DNA from: a phage
Sequence record: PV467748.1
Strand: one strand, 5' to 3'
DNA length: 64,000 nucleotides
Part shown: in pieces, positions 18,128 through 26,711 of the stretch
Layout of the letters: each line of letters opens with the position of its first letter
How positions within the stretch are numbered: position 1 is the first letter of the stretch
Made by a program: the position numbers and the translations under genes
Notes under the pieces: model-generated
What the model saw: only the letters and a program-made list of their open reading frames with translations
What the model was told of the DNA's origin: nothing
Database searches by the model: none

Positions 18128-18688
18128 TTAAGAGTTCATAGTTGGGATAACAGAGTTCAGATAAGAGACTAAAGCCTTGAGCTCGTCTTTAGTAAATACC
18201 ACTTCACTTTCACCATCGTGTCTTTGGGTCAAGGATAGCAAATCACGACCCTGATATTGATACACGGTTAATTCAGTATCATAATCCAGTTCTTCTTCGT
18301 CGCCTTCAAAGGTTTCACTAGAGCGAATTACAGCATCTTGACCAGGCACTTTCCATTCGACTTCTGGCTTGCATTCTTCCTGGAACAGTTTGAAAATACA
18401 ATCAAAGAATTTATCAGAATCGCTGATGCTCAGACATTCAATACCATTTTCCAGATTAAACCCAGTTTCATTTTTATAGATATAGGCAAACACATCATCA
18501 TTGATATCGATAGGAGCACTATGTCGACCGTTAAGATAATCGTGTCTATCTAAAACCATTAAATCATAAAGCGGTTTAATATCAGCGATAGTCAGTACGA
18601 TTTTATCGTCTTCTTGTGAAAGCTCAATTGCGTTATTAACTACTTCAGCGGACAGTTCGCCAAACAATTCAGTTGTTTCAATAATCAT
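18128..18688 (-). CDS. hypothetical highly acidic protein (186 aa)
   Basis: Track ORF; D/E-rich throughout. Confidence 0.5.
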   Translation of the reverse strand: MIIETTELFGELSAEVVNNAIELSQEDDKIVLTIADIKPLYDLMVLDRHDYLNGRHSAPIDINDDVFAYIYKNETGFNLENGIECLSISDSDKFFDCIFKLFQEECKPEVEWKVPGQDAVIRSSETFEGDEEELDYDTELTVYQYQGRDLLSLTQRHDGESEVVFTKDELKALVSYLNSVIPTMNS

Positions 18689-18698
18689 TTTCTATTCC

Positions 18699-18896
18699 TC
18701 AACGGTTATGTTTTAAAATACTATAAAGCTCTTCGACTTGGTCTGCATTCAGACAAATCATATCATTTTCTTGTTGGAGCGTAATTCCACCTTTTTCTTC
18801 CCAATCTTTAACAAAGACGTCATCGTCAGATTCTTCAACATCTGCTAAAAGGGCAATCACACCATCTTCAGAACAACCATTTGGATCGTATAACAT
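18699..18896 (-). CDS. hypothetical acidic protein (65 aa)
   Basis: Track ORF. Confidence 0.4.
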   Translation of the reverse strand: MLYDPNGCSEDGVIALLADVEESDDDVFVKDWEEKGGITLQQENDMICLNADQVEELYSILKHNR

Positions 18897-19016
18897 TTAC
18901 AATTTCCTCGCTAACCATGAAAAGAATAAACCGATTAAAATAGGGCCTATAATCATTGTTGACCAAGCCCAGGGTTCTAAGTAATAAATCATCTCATACT
19001 CCTGTGCCAATAGCCA

Positions 19017-19199
19017 TTATGCTTTCAACTCATTAAGATACTCAACCAATGCCGCTTTAGAGTTATCCAAATCTCGTTTACACTGCTCTATTGCGGAATA
19101 TGAATAGCCTTCACAATGTTCTACTGCACTATCATAAGAATCACGTTCAATAGCAGTAGCCAGTTTAAGGATTTGTTCAATCTGTTCAGTAGTTAACAT
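19017..19199 (-). CDS. hypothetical protein (60 aa)
   Basis: Track ORF. Confidence 0.4.
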   Translation of the reverse strand: MLTTEQIEQILKLATAIERDSYDSAVEHCEGYSYSAIEQCKRDLDNSKAALVEYLNELKA

Positions 19200-19203
19200 A
19201 TTA

Positions 19204-19440
19204 TCACCAGTATTTGTTGATGGTAGAAATCAATTCTTGGGCTTGAGTAGTCTTCAGCTTACACCCACAACCCTTTAATGTATCTTTAAGGAGCCATGGT
19301 TCCTTGAGCTCGTCCTTTTCTAGGCGAATTCTGTATCCTCGATAATCGACAAAGATGCTTTGGTCGTCGAATATCTTAACCTCAAGAAGGCGGTTATTAA
19401 TTTCATATTCTAATGAAACCGTAGTACTTGTAAGTTTCAT
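19204..19440 (-). CDS. hypothetical protein (78 aa)
   Basis: Track ORF directly downstream of promoter cassette 19446-19498, SD GAGGAG. Confidence 0.5.
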   Translation of the reverse strand: MKLTSTTVSLEYEINNRLLEVKIFDDQSIFVDYRGYRIRLEKDELKEPWLLKDTLKGCGCKLKTTQAQELISTINKYW

Positions 19441-19445
19441 TTTGT

Positions 19446-19498
19446 TCTCCTCATTAGTTGATAGGTCTATAGTATCACGTTCCTAGAGGATGTAAACA
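19446..19498 (-). promoter_or_regulatory. early promoter cassette (PeSL-like): -35 GTTTAC, 17-bp spacer, -10 TACTAT, imperfect arms
   Basis: Plus tctcctcattagttgataggtctatagtatcacgttcctagaggatgtaaaca. Confidence 0.6.
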
Positions 19499-19506
19499 CC
19501 TAAACG

Positions 19507-19532
19507 AAAAAAGGTCCCACCGAAGTGAGACC
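19507..19532 (-). terminator. intrinsic terminator (GGTCTCAC-TTCG-GTGGGACC then T6 on minus strand)
   Basis: Plus aaaaaaggtcccaccgaagtgagacc. Confidence 0.6.
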
Positions 19533-19537
19533 TTTGA

Positions 19538-19921
19538 TTATTCTAACGTTAACAAATATTTAGTCTGGTAAAAGACACCAGTGATATCGTCCAAAGTCGA
19601 CTGGATGGCCTTAGGAAGTGTATCATAGATTTTATCAGATGCTTTAAGAAGCTCGTCAAGAAAATCTACCGGGTCCTTAGGCAAGTCTGAAGCAGACGGT
19701 AATGATGCTTTATATTCTTTGCCACTGAATCCGAGATATTGCTCACTAAATTGGTCCAGTGGTCCTTGAACTTCTACATAATAGAAGTCATACGCTTTGT
19801 GTCTTGCATAGCTTTTGGTTTCTAAATGGGCTGACTTAAAATAGGCTAAAGAAACCAGTAGCCAACCAATATAAGAATCCACTTCAGACCCTCGACCGGG
19901 TACGAAATCATTGAACTTCAT
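19538..19921 (-). CDS. hypothetical protein (127 aa; rI.-1 position)
   Basis: Track ORF immediately downstream of the rI-like gene. Confidence 0.45.
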   Translation of the reverse strand: MKFNDFVPGRGSEVDSYIGWLLVSLAYFKSAHLETKSYARHKAYDFYYVEVQGPLDQFSEQYLGFSGKEYKASLPSASDLPKDPVDFLDELLKASDKIYDTLPKAIQSTLDDITGVFYQTKYLLTLE

Positions 19922-20201
19922 CTTCCACCTTCATTAGTTTTGCATAACGCTCTCCGATGGCACGACCTTCAATTGAGCATGTTTCTACAGTCTGACAACT
20001 TGAAATCTTCCAGGAAGCCGTAACATAGGCCCAATAGTCTTCGGAGGCCTTTACGCTAGGTCTACTCATTTGCGCATAAACAGGCATCGCACTACTAGCA
20101 AATGCATCCATCAATTTATCATGAGTATTATTTGCTAGTGAAACTGTAGGGCTTAAACATCCCGCCATAAGGATACAAGCCGCTGTACGGAAAATATCCA
20201 T
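19908..20201 (-). CDS. rI: lysis-inhibition regulator RI-like periplasmic protein
   Basis: 97-aa track ORF, same length as T4 RI; N-terminal hydrophobic signal-anchor; C-terminal pattern resembles recalled T4 RI; located just downstream of tk. Confidence 0.5.
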   Translation of the reverse strand: MDIFRTAACILMAGCLSPTVSLANNTHDKLMDAFASSAMPVYAQMSRPSVKASEDYWAYVTASWKISSCQTVETCSIEGRAIGERYAKLMKVEDEVQ

Positions 20202-20293
20202 ACAAAAGTCCTTTGTTGTTTTATACTATTTGCCTTTCGGCCTTAACCGATAGCGATTACCAAAAGCTAAAGCTCTACGGTTAGTATTATTAT

Positions 20294-20572
20294 TTATAGC
20301 TTTTTAAGCTTACGACAATAAGAATAGAACACGTCGTTAAAATTATGCTCAGCCCAATTCCTCTGTATAGGCGAGGTAATGGAAAGCATATAATGGGCTT
20401 TAATTAAGTCCATCCCATTTTTATTAGGACATTCTTTATTATTAGCATTATACGTCGCCGCTACAACCTCTATCTCTCTTTTGTAAGCCACCTCATCCAT
20501 GATAGGCGAAAGAACAATATAAGAAATAGCCACAGCGAACGCTAGAATTAAAATCTTTGAATTTAGGTCCAT
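20294..20572 (-). CDS. small membrane/secreted protein (92 aa)
   Basis: Track ORF with N-terminal hydrophobic segment ILILAFAVAISYIVLSPI. Confidence 0.45.
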   Translation of the reverse strand: MDLNSKILILAFAVAISYIVLSPIMDEVAYKREIEVVAATYNANNKECPNKNGMDLIKAHYMLSITSPIQRNWAEHNFNDVFYSYCRKLKKL

Positions 20573-20579
20573 AGTACCC

Positions 20580-21152
20580 TCAACTCGTTATTTCTATCCA
20601 GTGCTTCCTGCACAATGACACGTAAGAATCGTTGCCACCTATAGAAACTTGGGCTCCGTCCTTAATTGCGACACCATCTTGGACCCTAGCAGTCATAGTA
20701 GCTTTACGGCCGCAATGGCACACACCTTTGTACTCAACGAGTTTATCTGCCGTAGCGAGTAATTCAGCAGAACCAGGAAACAGTTTACCCTGAAAATCAG
20801 TTCTTAGCCCATAGCACATAACTGGAACATTATAATTGTCTACTATCTTTGCCAGTTGTTTTATCTGTGCAGGTTCTAAGAACTGTGCTTCATCCACAAA
20901 CACACAGTGGATATCTTTTTGAGATTCAGCCCAACGATAGAACTCGTATAGGTCCATATCCGGAGTCACTGCATTAGCCTCTTGACTAATCCCTATACGA
21001 GACGAAATGGTATGGCTTGATTCTCTATTGTCTATCGCAGGCTTTAAAAGGAGCACGCCCATACCACGTTCTTTGTAGTTATGAGCTGCCGTTAGCAATG
21101 AAGCGGTCTTACCTGAGTTCATTGCCGCATAGTGAAACATCAAACTTGCCAT
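20580..21152 (-). CDS. tk: thymidine kinase
   Basis: 190-aa track ORF MASLMFHYAAMNSGKTASLL...VFVDEAQF...CHCGRKA...CRKHW, closely matching recalled T4 Tk. Confidence 0.9.
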   Translation of the reverse strand: MASLMFHYAAMNSGKTASLLTAAHNYKERGMGVLLLKPAIDNRESSHTISSRIGISQEANAVTPDMDLYEFYRWAESQKDIHCVFVDEAQFLEPAQIKQLAKIVDNYNVPVMCYGLRTDFQGKLFPGSAELLATADKLVEYKGVCHCGRKATMTARVQDGVAIKDGAQVSIGGNDSYVSLCRKHWIEITS

Positions 21153-21877
21153 TTAGATACAATTCCTCTATAAGAACAATCAGGATAACCTTTATTCAGG
21201 GCTATCTTTTTAAACATATATGCCGAGGGCTTATTAGATTCTTCCCATAGCATTTTCAATTCGTCATAATATTTCCAAGCCTCATTTCTAATAGGAGAAG
21301 GTTTTCCTTTCATTGCACCTTGTTTACCAAACATAGGATTCTTTTCACCCTTTTTAGAATCACTCATGTTTTTAATAGTAGCACATGAATGCTTAAAGCC
21401 TTTTAATTTTTTAGAGGCTTGCCCTATTTTAGCTTTATGTTCGTCTGTAAACCCTATTCTATTTGAATAGTGGTTCTGGCCTTTATTAGAAGTAGTGTGT
21501 TTAGAAGCTTCTATCCTCGCGTCGCTCCATTTAACTCCTTTTTTAGACCTAGACATTTTATATTTGGTCAATAAAGATAACTTGGACCCTTTCTTTTTAC
21601 CACGTCCGCCATCAGCAAAATTTAAGGAATGTTTTCCATATTTTAATTTAGCTTTTTCTACTAAAGGAACTTCAGCGTCGTAAGCTTCATCCTCAGTTTC
21701 AAAGAATTTTAATATACGGGTTTTATAAGGGTGTTTTTTGCAAATATTTTTAACAACAGTACCACTTCCAAAATACCCATCAGAAAGATTATCGGTAGAA
21801 TGTTTTCCTACGTAATAATAGTTGGCCTTGAGGGTTTTTATTACAGTTAAATAATTATAATGGAATTCCTTTACCAT
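21140..21877 (-). mobile_element. free-standing GIY-YIG homing endonuclease gene (Seg-like) upstream of tk
   Basis: 245-aa track ORF with N-terminal GIY-YIG-type motifs (YYYVGKHST...YFGSG) and K-rich NUMOD-like repeats; its 3' end overlaps the tk start. Confidence 0.65.
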
Positions 21878-21886
21878 ATTACCTTC

Positions 21887-22081
21887 TTAAAGACTATTCA
21901 CATAAGCAATTAATTCATTTTCTTTTTTAGAAAACTCATCTTCTTCATCACCATACGCATCCCAAGGAAGAGAGTTATCTAATTCACATTCTGTATTGAG
22001 TTCCATAAGCTCATGGATAAGCTCAAACAATTTATCTTTCTGTTCTTTACTCAGACTCATAACCATTGCACCTTTAAGCAA
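21887..22081 (-). CDS. hypothetical acidic protein (64 aa)
   Basis: Track ORF. Confidence 0.4.
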   Translation of the reverse strand: MLKGAMVMSLSKEQKDKLFELIHELMELNTECELDNSLPWDAYGDEEDEFSKKENELIAYVNSL

Positions 22082-22269
22082 TATTCTTCTACATGCTGTT
22101 TACGTTTATTTTTATCTATAAAAGTATATTCAACATATTCACCGATATACCATTTATCAGTATTGTGTTGACTTTTTATAGGGCATTTAGTTACTCGTGT
22201 TTCGGTCCAGTGCCGAATAATTTCCGCTTTGTTTTTAGGGTCAAATGGATGCGGGTAATGTGCTTTCAT
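22057..22269 (-). CDS. hypothetical protein (70 aa)
   Basis: Track ORF. Confidence 0.4.
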   Translation of the reverse strand: MKAHYPHPFDPKNKAEIIRHWTETRVTKCPIKSQHNTDKWYIGEYVEYTFIDKNKRKQHVEEYCLKVQWL

Positions 22270-22720
22270 AATCCACCACTATTAAATCAATATCAGGAGT
22301 AAACATGTCGATTAATTTAGAAACCTTGTCCCAATCACCGCCAGCAATACCACAACCTATACGAGGAATATAAATTCTTGGTTTAAACAAAAGGTCATTT
22401 GCTTGTAGATTTAATTCTATCATACAGTTTACTAAAGCACCGTAATCAAGATTAGGGCCTGGTTCGTATTGGGTATATAAATTATAGCACATTGCAAATC
22501 CATTAGGCTTATGTTTAAAAACAATAGACATATCACCTAATTTATCTCGAGAGCCGTATTCGGTAGTAGTCTTATCAATTTCTAAAATTTTAGGATAAGC
22601 TCTTGCTAATTGACCTGCTACACCTGAACCCATAGTGTGAAAACAGTTGCACCCATGTGCAATAATATTACCTTGGAGAAACAGGGCGACGATATCGCCC
22701 TTAATATAATTAATAATCAT
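22241..22720 (-). CDS. macro-domain protein (ADP-ribose binding/processing fold)
   Basis: 159-aa track ORF with GDIV...NIIAHGCNCFHTMGSGVAGQLA and later IPRIGCGIAGGDW, matching the macro-domain glycine-rich loops. Confidence 0.6.
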   Translation of the reverse strand: MIINYIKGDIVALFLQGNIIAHGCNCFHTMGSGVAGQLARAYPKILEIDKTTTEYGSRDKLGDMSIVFKHKPNGFAMCYNLYTQYEPGPNLDYGALVNCMIELNLQANDLLFKPRIYIPRIGCGIAGGDWDKVSKLIDMFTPDIDLIVVDYESTLPASI

Positions 22721-23073
22721 TTAGAGTTTAGTCCTCGGTTGTAAGAGTCAACGAGTCTGTCTACCATAGACGCGCACATTTCTTTGTACTTTTTATCAGA
22801 TGGAACACATTCAGTAACGTTTAGACGTTGCTCGTATCTTTTAGAAAGAGTTTTCTCTTTCATTCGGCGATGCTCGACGTCGTTCTGTCCATCTTTAAAA
22901 GCAGCTGTTATTTTTGAACTGAATTCAATAACACATTCAGTATTACTAGGATGACAATAATCTTTTGCTGTACGGGTAGCATACTCGACAATTGAATTAT
23001 TACTATCACCAACTTGTGACGCTAATACTCCCGGAGCAATCAACATAAGCGCTATAGTCATCTGTTTAATCAT
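22717..23073 (-). CDS. secreted/periplasmic protein with signal peptide (118 aa)
   Basis: Track ORF; N-terminus MIKQMTIALMLIAPGVLASQ. Confidence 0.5.
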   Translation of the reverse strand: MIKQMTIALMLIAPGVLASQVGDSNNSIVEYATRTAKDYCHPSNTECVIEFSSKITAAFKDGQNDVEHRRMKEKTLSKRYEQRLNVTECVPSDKKYKEMCASMVDRLVDSYNRGLNSK

Positions 23074-23613
23074 TTAATATACCGCCTCAAACATCTTTTT
23101 AGATTTTAGGTAATTGGCCTTTTCTAGAACTTCGGAAGCATATTTACTGCCTGCTTTGACGTCCCAGCCCGCATTATAAGAAGCAATCGCTTTTCTCAGG
23201 TCACCTTTGTGAACATCAATCCAATAAGACAGTTCAATGTAGGCCCAAGAGGCACTGTTCTGTCGTTTTTGGACCATACGAATTATTTCTTTATCAGACA
23301 TCTTCCAACCTACCTGTTGAACACGACTTCTTAACGTAGGCAAGTAATTTTGGAACATGCCATAAGCATGGTGCTTATCTTTATTTAAACCCTGATTAAT
23401 TCCGGCGGATGATTCCTGCCATAGTAATCCGGCCATGATATATCCTAATCCTTTTTGATTAGGGTTTTCTTTGAACTTTCCCGACTTTTGGTATTGTTCA
23501 CCGAAAGCATACGCATAATGTAAATTGTCGAGCTGCTCACTGTTGAAAGTAGGCTCTACGCTATAGGCAGACATACTAACTGTCAATAGTAAAGTGGCTA
23601 ATACTTTTTTCAT
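23074..23613 (-). CDS. periplasmic lytic-transglycosylase-like protein (SLT domain)
   Basis: 179-aa track ORF with signal peptide MKKVLATLLLTVSMSAYS and motifs WQESS, YGMFQ, SYNAGW typical of SLT lysozyme-like domains. Confidence 0.55.
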   Translation of the reverse strand: MKKVLATLLLTVSMSAYSVEPTFNSEQLDNLHYAYAFGEQYQKSGKFKENPNQKGLGYIMAGLLWQESSAGINQGLNKDKHHAYGMFQNYLPTLRSRVQQVGWKMSDKEIIRMVQKRQNSASWAYIELSYWIDVHKGDLRKAIASYNAGWDVKAGSKYASEVLEKANYLKSKKMFEAVY

Positions 23614-23625
23614 GAGTCCTCATTA

Positions 23626-24084
23626 TTAAAGATAGATTACTTTCGTGCTGGTTTTACCTTCTAAACGTTTAGAGTTAACAAATGCCATACGACATTTTAA
23701 TGAATATCCTTTATCAGGATGTTTACGATCTACGGTCATACCCAACCATAAGGTTTTATCGGTAATCTCGAGACGCAGTGGGCGATACACTTTACCAGGG
23801 ACAATTTCAGATTCTATGTCAGGAAGAGGCTCCTGGATTAAAAATTCATGGATTTCTTTAACATGATTGTGGAGCTTCTTGAACAAAGAGAAAACGTATT
23901 TTTCGTCAATTTCACGTTGGATAGCACGGTCCAACAGGTGATTAGAGTACTTAATAAAGAAAGCTGGGACCCCGCTCTTGATGGCGGCTTTTTTGATGGA
24001 CGCGTTAAGTTCACGAAATTCGGTTTCGAACTGACGACGTAATTTGTTGCGGCGGATGAATACTTCTGAATTAATTTCTGACAT
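23626..24084 (-). CDS. regB: endoribonuclease RegB
   Basis: 152-aa track ORF MSEINSEVFIRRNKLRRQFETEFR...LDRAIQREIDEKYVF... closely matching recalled T4 RegB. Confidence 0.88.
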   Translation of the reverse strand: MSEINSEVFIRRNKLRRQFETEFRELNASIKKAAIKSGVPAFFIKYSNHLLDRAIQREIDEKYVFSLFKKLHNHVKEIHEFLIQEPLPDIESEIVPGKVYRPLRLEITDKTLWLGMTVDRKHPDKGYSLKCRMAFVNSKRLEGKTSTKVIYL

Positions 24085-24091
24085 TTTGTAA

Positions 24092-24141
24092 TCTCCTGTA
24101 GTTGATAGGTCTATAGTACCACGTCTACAGGAGATGTAAAC
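24092..24141 (-). promoter_or_regulatory. early promoter cassette (PeSL-like): -35 GTTTAC, 17-bp spacer, -10 TACTAT, perfect arms ctcctgtag/ctacaggag
   Basis: Plus ctcctgtagttgataggtctatagtaccacgtctacaggagatgtaaac, immediately upstream of regB. Confidence 0.65.
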
Positions 24142-24145
24142 TGCT

Positions 24146-24355
24146 TTATTCTTGGAATGGGGTAAGTTTTCCGACAGCAGAACAAATTTCTACCAGCACC
24201 GGATAAAACTCTTTCACCTGTTCAAGGCGCTGGGCTGCGTACTGCAATTCACCTTCTTCAATACAAGCCGTTTGGTCGTCAAGCAAGTATTTGTGGTAGC
24301 CGGTACAGGCTTCACCGATGATGCGTTGGAATTCTTGCAAACTTTCGATTTTCAT
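24146..24355 (-). CDS. hypothetical protein (~69 aa)
   Basis: Track ORF 24146..24397 trimmed to an internal ATG that abuts the upstream stop. Confidence 0.35.
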   Translation of the reverse strand: MKIESLQEFQRIIGEACTGYHKYLLDDQTACIEEGELQYAAQRLEQVKEFYPVLVEICSAVGKLTPFQE

Positions 24356-24633
24356 TAGTATTTCTCTTCCGGTTGGAAAACGGAACGACAGGCCCACATA
24401 CTAGCTTCTTTAAGACGGTCAATTGCATTACGAATCTGGGTAATGCGTTCATGAGCCTGGTCTAGTTCTTGTTCAGAAACCTCTTCGGCATCTAAGTTCA
24501 TATAATAGGTAACATGTTCTTCTTCTAATGCTTTAAAGATTAAGCCTAATCGAACTTCGGCATCTTTAATAGCATTCACTTTACTGATTTTGTCATCGGT
24601 ATGTGGCTTATAACCTTTGATATCTTCAATCAT
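24355..24633 (-). CDS. hypothetical protein (92 aa)
   Basis: Track ORF. Confidence 0.45.
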   Translation of the reverse strand: MIEDIKGYKPHTDDKISKVNAIKDAEVRLGLIFKALEEEHVTYYMNLDAEEVSEQELDQAHERITQIRNAIDRLKEASMWACRSVFQPEEKY

Positions 24634-24848
24634 TTCACTTCCTCACCTGTTCCAATATCATATTCTACCAAACGAAGGCCGTCAGTCCAGCCTTGCACCG
24701 AGATATACGTAGTCGGGTAAATCACTTCTTTACCATTCCACTGACCGCCGTCCCAGACTTCCAGAAAGTCTTGTTCACCCGGCCCATTAAACCATTCAAC
24801 AAATCTCTTCAGAGCTTCATCAGAGCCTTCAATTGTCAATTTAGACAT
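24630..24848 (-). CDS. hypothetical protein (72 aa)
   Basis: Track ORF. Confidence 0.45.
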   Translation of the reverse strand: MSKLTIEGSDEALKRFVEWFNGPGEQDFLEVWDGGQWNGKEVIYPTTYISVQGWTDGLRLVEYDIGTGEEVK

Positions 24849-25137
24849 ATTTTTTCCAGTCAGAAATCATATGAATCTCTTGGTCATACGTCAAGAGACT
24901 GCGAGTAATAATACCCTTACACGGCCCAGAGATGAACTCGAGAGTGAAGTAAGGAACCTGTTTCATTAATCGGATGCTTGGGGCATGACATCTAAAACGA
25001 GAGCCCTTAAAGGGCCCTGACATGAATACATATTCTAATGGATAGAAATAAGCATATTCGAAATTTGCAGTAAGGTCCTCTCTTCGAACCTTACGTGAGA
25101 AATAACAGAACTCAAAAAGTTCTTCATCAGTCATCAT
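24841..25137 (-). CDS. hypothetical protein (98 aa)
   Basis: Track ORF. Confidence 0.45.
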   Translation of the reverse strand: MMTDEELFEFCYFSRKVRREDLTANFEYAYFYPLEYVFMSGPFKGSRFRCHAPSIRLMKQVPYFTLEFISGPCKGIITRSLLTYDQEIHMISDWKKYV

Positions 25138-25661
25138 TGCATTCCTATCACAAAGAACAGCGGCAGAGGTTTAGAACCCTGGCACATAAATTTGTTAATC
25201 ATTACCTGGTAAGCTTCATAGAACTTATCCATCGATGGAAGGCGCATTGGCTCTTCGATAATAATCAATAATCGAGTAACTGATAGACCACGATACTTAT
25301 GGAAGTTATCTTCGTCTAAAAATGATCGCACGGTATCATATACAATAAACCCAGGACCTTCTACTTGAAGATGTGGATGAGCCTTAGAAACCCTTTTTAT
25401 TACATTACAGATTTCGCGTGACCGGTGCGAAGAACTCGACATAACAATCACATCATTACCCTTGGAAACCCAATCAGCTGCGAACTGGGCAAGGGCACTT
25501 GTTTTACCTGTTTGGCGTCCACCGTCAAGTCGAAGAGTACCAAACTCTTGCATTCTTGAAGTAGGTTCGTACCAGGTGTATTGGTTTGAGTCTAAACGTT
25601 CAATGGCGCGTTCAGCGAAGGCGTGCATTAAGGTTAGATAAATGGGAGTTAAAAATTTCAT
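25134..25661 (-). CDS. small P-loop NTPase (175 aa)
   Basis: Track ORF with Walker A GGRQTGKTSA and Walker-B-like LLIIIEEP. Confidence 0.5.
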   Translation of the reverse strand: MKFLTPIYLTLMHAFAERAIERLDSNQYTWYEPTSRMQEFGTLRLDGGRQTGKTSALAQFAADWVSKGNDVIVMSSSSHRSREICNVIKRVSKAHPHLQVEGPGFIVYDTVRSFLDEDNFHKYRGLSVTRLLIIIEEPMRLPSMDKFYEAYQVMINKFMCQGSKPLPLFFVIGMQ

Positions 25662-25810
25662 AGTGGTCTCTTAGTTGTGGGGCCATTCCTTGGCACATAA
25701 TTCATCCCTTTCTGCATTTACCCATTACCGCACTTGGGCTCGACCTTATTACAGGTTGGCGGGAGTCCCTCACAGAATTGTGAGGTCCAGGTTGCTCCCA
25801 TTTTTAAAGA
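25662..25810 (-). other. 149-nt structured intergenic region with a nested ~40-nt stem-loop and no promoter cassette
   Basis: Plus 25759-25800 gcgggagtccctcacagaattgtgaggtccaggttgctccc has outer arms GGGAG/CTCCC and inner arms CCTCACA/TGTGAGG. Confidence 0.35.
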
Positions 25811-26170
25811 TTAAAGATGGTCGAGTGCCGGGTTATGAGGCTTTTCTGCTTTAGCAGTATTTTTGTGCCAATCTGATTTAGAAACACGAATTGCATCCGC
25901 ACCGTAAGAGCTCTTAAGGAGGCCCTTTTTATTGTAAACACTTATAGAAGTAAGGGTGTCACCATTCCAAGTAGCATGGACGAAGTTGGATTTAGATTTA
26001 AGTTCTTTAGCCAGGCTCTGGTTGGTAGCCATGGAAGCAAAGTCTTTACCTGTAACTTTAAAAACTTCAGATGGGTTCAGCCCTTCTTTAGCCTTAGCCA
26101 ATTGTTCAGGAGACATAGCTTCGTTAATGCGCTGAGTAGATTCAGTAATAAATTGTTGGTAAGTTTTCAT
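25811..26170 (-). CDS. internal-protein-like gene with capsid-targeting sequence (CTS), 119 aa
   Basis: Track ORF starting MKTYQQFITE, matching the T4 internal-protein N-terminal CTS and prohead-protease site pattern [IL]-x-E. Confidence 0.6.
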   Translation of the reverse strand: MKTYQQFITESTQRINEAMSPEQLAKAKEGLNPSEVFKVTGKDFASMATNQSLAKELKSKSNFVHATWNGDTLTSISVYNKKGLLKSSYGADAIRVSKSDWHKNTAKAEKPHNPALDHL

Positions 26171-26212
26171 ATTATTCCTTAAGTTGATAGAAGTATTCTA
26201 TCACGGATTTAA

Positions 26213-26629
26213 TTAAGCGTAAATAGCCTTGCCGTAATGTTTGTACCAGGTAGGACGCTGTGCAATTTTTTCGTCCAAACGAGCTTGTGAAATGGCGATA
26301 GAAGCTTCGTGAGGAACATAATCACCACGGAATTCCTGAGGAATGTCACTAATGTCCTGGACCGTAGTATCCTTGATATTAAAGCCACGTTTTAAACATT
26401 CAGCTATAAGCTCAATTTGACGCTTACGTAAAAATTCAAGCTTATCATAAAAGAATGTAACGTGGCCTGTACCAAGGATAAAAGTAGGACTGATTTTAAA
26501 ATCACGAACACGTTTACCGTTAGCAACATGCTTACGAACTGCACCGAAAACACGTGGTAATTCACGATATTCGGCCATTAAGTGTTGGTCAGCCAATTCA
26601 GATACTAAGGTAAGGTTGATACGAGTCAT
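26213..26629 (-). CDS. denV: endonuclease V (pyrimidine-dimer DNA glycosylase) DenV
   Basis: 138-aa track [37 protein letters not shown]... essentially identical to recalled T4 DenV. Confidence 0.92.
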   Translation of the reverse strand: MTRINLTLVSELADQHLMAEYRELPRVFGAVRKHVANGKRVRDFKISPTFILGTGHVTFFYDKLEFLRKRQIELIAECLKRGFNIKDTTVQDISDIPQEFRGDYVPHEASIAISQARLDEKIAQRPTWYKHYGKAIYA

Positions 26630-26635
26630 TTTTAA

Positions 26636-26686
26636 TCTCCTGTAGTTGATAGGTCTATAGTATCATGCCTACAGGAGATGTACACT
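26636..26686 (-). promoter_or_regulatory. early promoter cassette (PeSL-like): -35 GTGTAC, 17-bp spacer, -10 TACTAT, perfect arms ctcctgtag/ctacaggag
   Basis: Plus ctcctgtagttgataggtctatagtatcatgcctacaggagatgtacac, immediately upstream of denV. Confidence 0.6.
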
Positions 26687-26711
26687 GCTTTTTATCTATA
26701 AGAGGGCTTTA

